IMG/VR virus record: IMGVR_UViG_3300027779_002131
Span: 1 to 61,777 of that record
Source of the DNA: a virus
Taxonomy: Duplodnaviria > Caudoviricetes
Direction: 5' to 3' (one strand)
Length of the DNA: 61,777 bases
Shown here piece after piece: positions 48,216-56,400 of the stretch (positions are counted from its first letter, which is position 1; each line of letters starts with the position of its first letter). The translations under genes and the position numbers were made by a program. The notes under the pieces are model-generated. The model worked only from the letters and a program-made list of their open reading frames with translations, was not told the DNA's origin and did not search any database.

Positions 48216-48536
48216 TTACCAGCTTATATTCCAGGTAATAGTATCTGTGCTTACTAAGTTTTGAGCTACTTTAACTCCGTACCCTAAGTCTTTAAAATAC
48301 TTAGAAACGTATGTAACTTGATCTTTTTTAGTAGCGTCTGTTGTGATATTAAAGTATGCCTTATAGTATGTGTTACTATTAGTCATTGTAGTACCAGTTG
48401 AAACATTTGCGTATAAAACGCCAGAATCAACATTAGCCAGTACGGCAGTTTCAATACTGCGTACCTCTGAATGAATTACTGAGTTGTTTCGTGTATCTTT
48501 ACGGGCAGTTGCCGCATTAGAAAATATAGTTGCCAT
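48216..48536 (-). CDS. Hypothetical protein, probably virion-associated
   Basis: FKDLGY...WNISW; translationally coupled. Confidence 0.65.
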   Translation of the reverse strand: MATIFSNAATARKDTRNNSVIHSEVRSIETAVLANVDSGVLYANVSTGTTMTNSNTYYKAYFNITTDATKKDQVTYVSKYFKDLGYGVKVAQNLVSTDTITWNISW

Positions 48537-48883
48537 TATAAATCTGCCTTAATGTCTTTCATGGCTTGATTGCCAGCCATTTGTCCAACGTCAACTGTGT
48601 CTTCTGGGTCTGTGTCTATATCTGACGGTAAATCGCCATTTGCTCTAATTGTATCAGCATCAACACTACTAGCATAACCACTATCGTTAATGGCTTTAAC
48701 TAATGTTCCTGTATTCAATACAAGACCAGTGTTTGCTTCTAATTCTGCTTTAAATGTTTCAGTAGGAATATCTTCTGGACCTTCGTCGTCAGCAATGTAT
48801 CTACTAAGCAAGTCCTGAACTGCTATAATTAGTTCGTTTCCGGCTCCTGAATTTTCAGAACCTGTTACTTCTGAAATGAGCAT
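48536..48883 (-). CDS. Acidic hypothetical protein
   Basis: MLISEV start motif. Confidence 0.65.
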   Translation of the reverse strand: MLISEVTGSENSGAGNELIIAVQDLLSRYIADDEGPEDIPTETFKAELEANTGLVLNTGTLVKAINDSGYASSVDADTIRANGDLPSDIDTDPEDTVDVGQMAGNQAMKDIKADL

Positions 48884-48886
48884 TAT

Positions 48887-50185
48887 TTAAACCTCTGCTC
48901 TACCTAATGGCTCTTCTGCCGGTCCTGCCATAGCTGGAATATTATCTGCAACTGGCTCATCCATGCCCATGTCATCTAGTCCTGGTGAACCCATGTCACC
49001 GCCTAAATCTGCGCCTAAATCACTTGTGTCACCTAATCCGCCTACCATTTCACCACCTGTTAATCCAGTAATTGCTAAATCTAATCCACCTTTAAGTGCT
49101 TTACAAGCCTCTAAGTGGGCTGATAGTAATTGTGAAGTGCTGTCTGCAAACGATTGAGCAGTATCGGCACCCATTTCAGTTCTCATAGAATCTGAAATTG
49201 CTGGTATATCTTCATTTACCATTCTGCCAATTCTTTCTACTTGATCTTGGATATCGTCAGCTAACGCTCTAACAGCCATAACAACTTCTGCTTCTTCAAC
49301 ATTAACTTCTTCGTTAATCATTTCGTCTATTATATCATCAAACATGCTTTTCTCACTTTCTTGTATTTCTTCGTCACTAGTATCACCAGTTACACTATAA
49401 ACCGTTCCATCAACTTCAAAAGAATCTTTGCCTTGGGCAATAGCATCTTTTCTAGCACCTGTAAATTTGTTTTGCTCTGCAATTTGCTTACCAAACATTT
49501 GTATACCTGTTTGGACGGACTCTACTTCTAGTCCATTTAGGAAACCTACAATAGAGTCTCTGCTCTTTCCAGATACTTCTGAAAAAGTTTTTAACTTTTC
49601 TTCTATTGCGTTATAATTTTCCATTGTCTCAAGCTCAATACCAACTTCTTTAGCAAGTTCACTTAAAAGTCTTGCACTCATATCAGTTTCTGGTAAACCA
49701 AGTTCTGCTTCAATTGACTCATGTGGTTCACCACATGATTCTTCGAACTTGCCAATTGCTGACATAACCATTGTTTCAGTAACAGAGTCATCATAACAAT
49801 GAGTCTGGTCTGCACGAACTTCATTCATACATTGACTTCTTGCTTCTTCAGACGTGTAACCTGAATTACACAATTCCGTAATACGTTCATCAATTTTTGC
49901 CGCTAACGCTTTGTAGCCTGGGCTGGACTCGTAATACCCCTCAACAATCATTGTCTCTGAAAGATCTCTTAGGCTTAGATATTTTGCATAATCTGGCTCT
50001 AGTTGAAACTTCTTGTTACTTCCTCTAATTTTGAATAGTGCCTTTTTGGCTGTCTCGTTAATTTTCATTAACTTTTCGAGGTTGACTGTTCCTGGATTGA
50101 TTTTTAAACCAAATTGTTCAGTTAGCATTTTATTTAATTTAGCTATCTTACTTGTTGGTGTTTGATTAAATTCATTCAAAAACAT
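48887..50185 (-). CDS. Acidic helical protein, possible prohead core/scaffold
   Basis: MFLNEF start, many hydrophobic-x-E sites and a G/D/M/P-rich tail. Confidence 0.5.
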   Translation of the reverse strand: MFLNEFNQTPTSKIAKLNKMLTEQFGLKINPGTVNLEKLMKINETAKKALFKIRGSNKKFQLEPDYAKYLSLRDLSETMIVEGYYESSPGYKALAAKIDERITELCNSGYTSEEARSQCMNEVRADQTHCYDDSVTETMVMSAIGKFEESCGEPHESIEAELGLPETDMSARLLSELAKEVGIELETMENYNAIEEKLKTFSEVSGKSRDSIVGFLNGLEVESVQTGIQMFGKQIAEQNKFTGARKDAIAQGKDSFEVDGTVYSVTGDTSDEEIQESEKSMFDDIIDEMINEEVNVEEAEVVMAVRALADDIQDQVERIGRMVNEDIPAISDSMRTEMGADTAQSFADSTSQLLSAHLEACKALKGGLDLAITGLTGGEMVGGLGDTSDLGADLGGDMGSPGLDDMGMDEPVADNIPAMAGPAEEPLGRAEV

Positions 50186-50239
50186 AGTGATTTCCTAGTT
50201 ATAGTTAGTTCTTACACTTATTTATCATAATCGAAAGAT

Positions 50240-50695
50240 TTACAATTGATGTTTAAGTTCTTCCGATACAGATCTTAATTTAATAAGGGTTTCGTGTAGT
50301 CTAACAAATGCAACATCACGCATAAAGTCTTTATCAGTTACTTTTATAGTGTGTTTATGGAATATTGACTCAGTAAATAAATCAGCATACCTATCTAATA
50401 ATCGCTGTGTTCTGATCATTTGCATCTCACTAATATCGTATGATGCCTTGGGGTTAGTAGATGCGTTTAGACGTACACACAGCGTCTGTGCTGTATTCTT
50501 TTGCAGTATATGTGTAAGTACCACCTTTTTCTTTAAAGCCTCTGTTACATTGAAGTAATTGCCAGCCACAGTTTTAGTAACAACAAATACACCTCTTTTA
50601 GCGACCTTACCTGCTAAGGTATCCAACTGTCCTGCTAGGTGTGTTTTTTGTTGTTTGTTATACTTCTGTTTTTTGTGGGTATATTTTGTAGCCAA
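50240..50695 (-). CDS. Hypothetical basic protein
   Basis: Packed ORF with GGAAGG upstream. Confidence 0.65.
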   Translation of the reverse strand: MATKYTHKKQKYNKQQKTHLAGQLDTLAGKVAKRGVFVVTKTVAGNYFNVTEALKKKVVLTHILQKNTAQTLCVRLNASTNPKASYDISEMQMIRTQRLLDRYADLFTESIFHKHTIKVTDKDFMRDVAFVRLHETLIKLRSVSEELKHQL

Positions 50696-50882
50696 CTTTT
50701 CCTTCCTTTGTAGTTACTTTACGAATGACGTTTTGCTTATACATTTCTTCTACCATATGCAAAGTGTACTCGTCTAATGTATTTATATCTAAAAATTTGG
50801 TTAGGTCGATTTTGTTGAATAGGTCTGACTGAGATCTTGAGATAAAACTTAGATGTCCGTCTTTACATTTAACTGCTTTCAT
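50658..50882 (-). CDS. Small hypothetical protein
   Basis: TAATG coupling to the upstream gene. Confidence 0.6.
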   Translation of the reverse strand: MKAVKCKDGHLSFISRSQSDLFNKIDLTKFLDINTLDEYTLHMVEEMYKQNVIRKVTTKEGKVGYKIYPQKTEV

Positions 50883-51178
50883 TATGGACTCACTATCTCA
50901 AAGTCGTCTTCTGCTCTACTACTAGCACTTCTACCACCATGTTGTACAGCGGCTTTAGTTTTAGCACTATGCTGATCCATAGCGGTTACTTTATAAGTTT
51001 TGCCTGTAGGCGTATGCTTAACTTTATAGTTTTGGGATTGTTCGTTTGTTTTTCTTTTTGATTTTTTGCTCTTTGCAAAAACACTTGGATTAGGTCTTTT
51101 TTGCATGCCGCCCATTGGTTGGGCAACAATGGCAATACCACCGGAAGTTGTTTCATTAATTATATCATTTATTAACAT
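50882..51178 (-). CDS. Small two-module basic protein
   Basis: MLINDIINE start; TAAATA-N5-ATG. Confidence 0.7.
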   Translation of the reverse strand: MLINDIINETTSGGIAIVAQPMGGMQKRPNPSVFAKSKKSKRKTNEQSQNYKVKHTPTGKTYKVTAMDQHSAKTKAAVQHGGRSASSRAEDDFEIVSP

Positions 51179-51186
51179 AGTAGTAT

Positions 51187-53331
51187 TTACCTTAATTGGT
51201 TTTTAATTTTGTTGTAAGCAGGTTCTCGTATTACCCATTCGCCATTTTTAATGCTGAATCCCATAATTTTTAAATCAGCATTAGAATATGATCCTGACAA
51301 ATGTAAGTTCTTAAACCATATTAGTTTACCCCAGTTGCCTTTATCTGGAGCCTTCATTGGATTCTTACTGCGTTGCATAGGCGGACTTGGACGTTCTTGT
51401 CTTTCAATATCTAAATTCTTAAAGTAGCCTTCTTCAAAAGGACTAAGACGTTCCACAGCGGACCATGGTCCCCAATGTTTATGTTTCCTAACCATTTCAG
51501 CAAACGTTTTATAATCATATTTTTTTATATTTGTAGGATCTGCAATGCCATAATAAATAATTTTATCGCCGTTTGTTATTTTATTAATGTTAGAACCGTG
51601 ATTGTCTGATACATCGTTTACTTTTGCACCATCTTCTATCCAAGCATGTCCATAAGTATTACCTTGTTGTCCACCTATTCTAGGAGTTATATCTGCATGT
51701 ACTAACTTTGCTGTTTTATTACCTGCTCTAGCAAGTTCCATAAATTCTCTTCCAGATGCTTCGTAGCAATTCCCATCATTTCCTTCATATACACTTGCAC
51801 CAAAGTCTACTTTAGTTTTTTTCTTTTTCTTTTTCTTTTTAGGTTTGCTGTAAGTTGATAACGTTCCCATTCCCATAGTATCAGCGGCAACAAATCCACT
51901 GCCTGTGCCTGCTTCGCCACCGCCACCAGATGCTCCACCAGATGCTCCGCCGCCTGATCCATTACCGGCTCCGCCTCCACCACCAGTTCCTGCACCAGCG
52001 CCTGAACCTGCACCACCGCCGCCGTCTTCCGGGACAGTTCCTCTATAAGGTATTGTAAAATGTTTAAAAAGTGCTAATGCATCTTCTTTATACCTAATTA
52101 CACCAGCTAATCTTAATTGTATAATATATTCTTTAATTTCAGCAACTGTAGTTAGTTTGCCTGCATCTATTTCAGCTTGTATAATATCTTTTGCACTCTC
52201 TTGTTCTTTATCCATTTTACTAAGTACTTTGTTGTCTTCTTTAACATTGCTATCTGGTAAAAACTTTAATAGTAGTGTGCTACTGTTAGTTTTACTAAGT
52301 TGAAATTGGCTTTGGTTACTGTATTTTGCTGGATGTTTTTGGGTCACAGGTGCATAGTCATGGTATAACTCGCCTGCTTGGTCTAGCGGAATATTCTTTT
52401 TTGTTTGTTGGTCGTATGCTACAACTTTAGCTGGATAACGTTTTATTAAACTTGTCCACATGTGCTTGGCACTAGGTGTTTGCGTAAAATCTGAGTATAT
52501 TGGTAATTTTTTCCATGCACTAAAGGCTATATACAGTTTTATTGCTTTGCCTTGTCCTTGAATACTGGAGTCTAGTCCTACACCTTTAACCTTAACGCCA
52601 TCTTCAAACTGCCCTAATTTTAAGAAGCCTAATATATTTTTATCTTTAGTAGGTCCTGTTGCAGGTCCAGTATTTGCACGAAACCATGCCTTTATTTTTT
52701 CCCTGAAAGTTTTTGGAGGTTCTACTACGTTATCCTTTGCATAAAATATATAAATATCTCGGTTAGGCATAACATACACTTCAGTTTGTGATTGTATAGT
52801 AGGTATAGGTCCTAATGGTGTACCTGGTCTATAATCTTTTTCAGGATCCCAATCGTACTTAGGGGTTGAGTCTTGCGTTGCTTGTTTATATGCAGTATTA
52901 GGATTTGGATCATACGAGTCTGCAGGTTGATTAATAACTTCGCTAACTGGTGTGTTACTTACTTCGCCTGGAAACTGTTGCATTAAGTCCTCAATACTAG
53001 CATCAATAACTATTGCATCCACCATATGCATATCTAACATCCTTGCGGCATCGTATCGATGATGTCCATTAACTAAGTAACCGTTCTTGTCTACTATAAA
53101 AGGCTTGTCTATGCTATGATAGTCTTTTGCAACTTTTTGAGCAAGTCCTGGTACTCGTTGAGATTGTACCGGTTTAATTACAGCCAACGGAATTGTTTTT
53201 CTAACATATTTTATACCAGAAGCCTGTATGTCTGGTTCTTTAAGTTGGGGTAAAAGATTTCGGTCAAAGTGTTTATCACTTATATTATTCGGTAGTGTAG
53301 ATAGTACTGCTTCGTATATTGACATTTTCAT
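51187..53331 (-). CDS. Polyvalent protein: ParB/Srx-like, GNAT-like, Gly-rich and transglutaminase-like modules
   Basis: NGHHRY; QGQGKA...SD..QT..A..MW; GNCY...HAWIE...D. Confidence 0.72.
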   Translation of the reverse strand: MKMSIYEAVLSTLPNNISDKHFDRNLLPQLKEPDIQASGIKYVRKTIPLAVIKPVQSQRVPGLAQKVAKDYHSIDKPFIVDKNGYLVNGHHRYDAARMLDMHMVDAIVIDASIEDLMQQFPGEVSNTPVSEVINQPADSYDPNPNTAYKQATQDSTPKYDWDPEKDYRPGTPLGPIPTIQSQTEVYVMPNRDIYIFYAKDNVVEPPKTFREKIKAWFRANTGPATGPTKDKNILGFLKLGQFEDGVKVKGVGLDSSIQGQGKAIKLYIAFSAWKKLPIYSDFTQTPSAKHMWTSLIKRYPAKVVAYDQQTKKNIPLDQAGELYHDYAPVTQKHPAKYSNQSQFQLSKTNSSTLLLKFLPDSNVKEDNKVLSKMDKEQESAKDIIQAEIDAGKLTTVAEIKEYIIQLRLAGVIRYKEDALALFKHFTIPYRGTVPEDGGGGAGSGAGAGTGGGGGAGNGSGGGASGGASGGGGEAGTGSGFVAADTMGMGTLSTYSKPKKKKKKKKTKVDFGASVYEGNDGNCYEASGREFMELARAGNKTAKLVHADITPRIGGQQGNTYGHAWIEDGAKVNDVSDNHGSNINKITNGDKIIYYGIADPTNIKKYDYKTFAEMVRKHKHWGPWSAVERLSPFEEGYFKNLDIERQERPSPPMQRSKNPMKAPDKGNWGKLIWFKNLHLSGSYSNADLKIMGFSIKNGEWVIREPAYNKIKNQLR

Positions 53332-53432
53332 GGTCTTATCCATTTACCGTTTCTAAATACCGCAACTTCACCTTTATTACAAAGTGTGTATTCTCCTTCT
53401 ACAGGATGTTGAGGCTCTTTAACTTTTATCAT
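53328..53432 (-). CDS. 34-aa microprotein missing from the ORF track
   Basis: MIKVKEPQHPVEGEYTLCNKGEVAVFRNGKWIRP; ATGA overlaps on both sides. Confidence 0.6.
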   Translation of the reverse strand: MIKVKEPQHPVEGEYTLCNKGEVAVFRNGKWIRP

Positions 53433-56400
53433 AATTGTTTTAATACATTTTTGTTCAATTTCATTTTTGCATAGCCTTTAACTATACTTCTAATATCATG
53501 CTTGTCGCCGTAAGCCGCTCTAGCGGCTCTAAAATCTCTAATCATCGATGGATCTGGTATGCAAACATACGCAGTCATTTGTGCTTTAAGATCGCCTGTT
53601 AAGATAGGACTTGCTAACACTAGTCGTAACTTTCTAATTGTGTCGTTGTTAGGTACTGCGCCTTCTTGTACACTTTCAACTTTCTTACGCATACTTGATC
53701 CTCTTACTTTTAATAAGTCTACTAAACCTTTTTCTTTTTCAATGTAGTTCCTAATGTAGCCTTTACTGTTCTGATACATTCTAACTGATAAGAATTCTTT
53801 GCCTGTAATTTTGTTAAAAATAGTAATCTTAGGATGTTTTGCAGTTTCAATCATCCTTGCTTCTAAGTCAACTTTATCTTTGTCCATCATTCTATCTAAC
53901 TTTTTAAAGTCTAACACATAGTAGCCGCCTGCTTTTAAATCTGTAAACTGTACTAACTTGACTCTATCGTCATTCAGTGTAGCAAAGAACTTAATTGCAT
54001 CTAATAATTTTACTAGAAAGTTTTTTTCGTTTTCTTCACTAGTTAACTGTGAACTTAATTGTTTTGTTGCTTCAGTGTATGCAATTCTGTAACCTTGCTC
54101 AACTGAATCAGCAGTAATAAATTGATCTTCAATTGGTGTTAAGTCAACATTAAATCTATCCCACATTTCTTTTAATATACTATAACGTACAGTTAATGGT
54201 TCTTTTTGCTTGCCGCCACCTACTTGACCCATTTGTTTTGTACTACCAACTTTAACACTCATATCAAAGTGTTGCAATGTTTTTTCTGGGCCGCCATCTA
54301 AACTGTGGGTTAAGAATACATCTACTTTAGTATCTGTTTCTCCGGTTACACCGTCAGCAATAACTTTTACTGTATCTACTTTACCATTTGCTTGGAAATA
54401 ATTTGTGTACCTTTCTAAATTATCATTGACATACTCTGCAACACCAGTTGTTATTTGTTGCATCACACCCCACTTCTTAGGATCTATAAAGTCCATGTAA
54501 GTATCGTGTTTTAAATTAAGTGTTAGTGTAAAGTAATCTGCTATAGGATTATCTACTTCTTGTGCTGTAAGTGTTAGCTCATGCCAGCCACCCTTGTCTG
54601 GGGCATCTTTAGGTAATCGTTTAATTACATTTTCTATATCTAGTGATGTTACTGGTGCACTTGGACGTACTAATAAACGTGCAAATGTGCCACAGCCTAA
54701 TATGCCTTCTGCTACTTCACCTTTGTTTGAGACTTTAACAGGAGCGTCACCATCTGCATCTGCTGTTCTGGCTCCAAAATCTGCTGTTTTTTCTAAAGCC
54801 GAGTAGGCTATTATTTCGCCATCTGCTGTTCTCAGTTTTGAAGGTAACTGTGAAGCATTCTCGGCATTGTAAAATGCATCAGCCATTTCTGGGTCTAGTA
54901 CAATCTTGCCTGTGAATCCTGCTAAGTCAAATTCAGCACCTGCACTTAATTTGTCAGCAAATGCTTGTATTCTTGCAGGTGTTTTTAATTCTGCTCTGCC
55001 TAAGTCTCTTTCAAACATTTTAATATGTATATTATTAATTTTGCTAGAGTCTATTTTCTCTAGCATAAGTAGTTGTTCTTCTAGTGTTTTAGCTTCTAGT
55101 TTTTCAAAAGTAGTTGACTCTATTCCAAATGGTGGTCTTTCTTGTACCCGGCCTCTAAGAGGTTCACCCTGCTCAACGCCTGGCGCATCCACGCTATGGG
55201 TAGTGGTATTGTAGGTGTTTCCATTTTTTACTACTTCTATTGCTTTTGCTAATGTGTAAGGACCATCGCGTGTTAATCCGGCAAGTAATGCCGATAGTAG
55301 AACGTTTTGATCAACTCCCTTTGTGTTTGTCATGTTTAAAAACTTAACTAGCATCATCGTCGGGCCTTCAAAGTATCTCGATATACCATCCCTCATCATG
55401 GAATCAAAAGATGGAAACTTAGTTCTAATGTTCTGTATTAGATCTTCATCGTCTGGAAAAAATGTAGAGTCTTCTTTGGATAACTTTTTAACAATATCTG
55501 GATTGTTCATTCGCCATACATTTGCACTAGTTGGTTCAAATGGTTCTCCGCCTGGACCGTTAATTACTGATCGAGGTAACAGAGGTTCTAAGTTGTAAGG
55601 TTCTACTCCTTCTCTACCGTCACCATTTTCTATAACTTCGATGCCTAGTTTCCGGAATGCGTCTTTATTTACTTTTTTTATTTTCCTGAACCCATCATTA
55701 TTAAAGTTGTCAAATTCATAACCGTAAATCATATTCCATTTATTGAGAATCTTATCAGCTGATTTATTTCGCCACTGGCGTTCATCACGTCGTAGAGCAA
55801 TTGCTCGACTGGTTCGATCAGATTCTGCTGAAAATATTTTGGAGGCTTCGAGAGCTATATAATAATATGCCCAAGGTACGTTAAACACTTTTTGAGATTC
55901 ACTATGATACATACTGCTACCAAAGAAAAACTGACTATAAAAAGCTCTTGATTCTTCATCTGTTATAGGTTCATCTCTGTTTATTTTTCCAGTCATTTGC
56001 GCCATGTCACCTAATAACTGTTCAGTTACATATAGATCTCCACCATATGCGTATGTAGTTATAGTTGCCGGTGCATCGCCTATATATTTACTTGTAAACT
56101 CTTCACCTCTTTTATGTTGAGTGAGCTTGTTATCAATATCATCTTTTTGACTATTAAATCCCATCTGTTGTGATATTTTATCTAAGTTAGTCATCCAGGT
56201 TGCAATAGCATCTGTTCGTGGTTTTATTATTTTTTGAATAGCTTTGGATTTATTATAAAAATCTTTATCTTGTCCTAGTCGATTATAGTAAGCCGACAAT
56301 GAATCATTAATATAGCGTACTACACTAGCACTTATCTGATCTACTGGATTATCGTCAAAAGGGCCTGGTATATAATTAGTGCCTCTCAATGCTTCTATAT

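Noticed and set aside
51895-52030. GC-rich patch as a foreign insertion
   Set aside because: It simply encodes the Gly/Ala/Ser linker of the polyprotein
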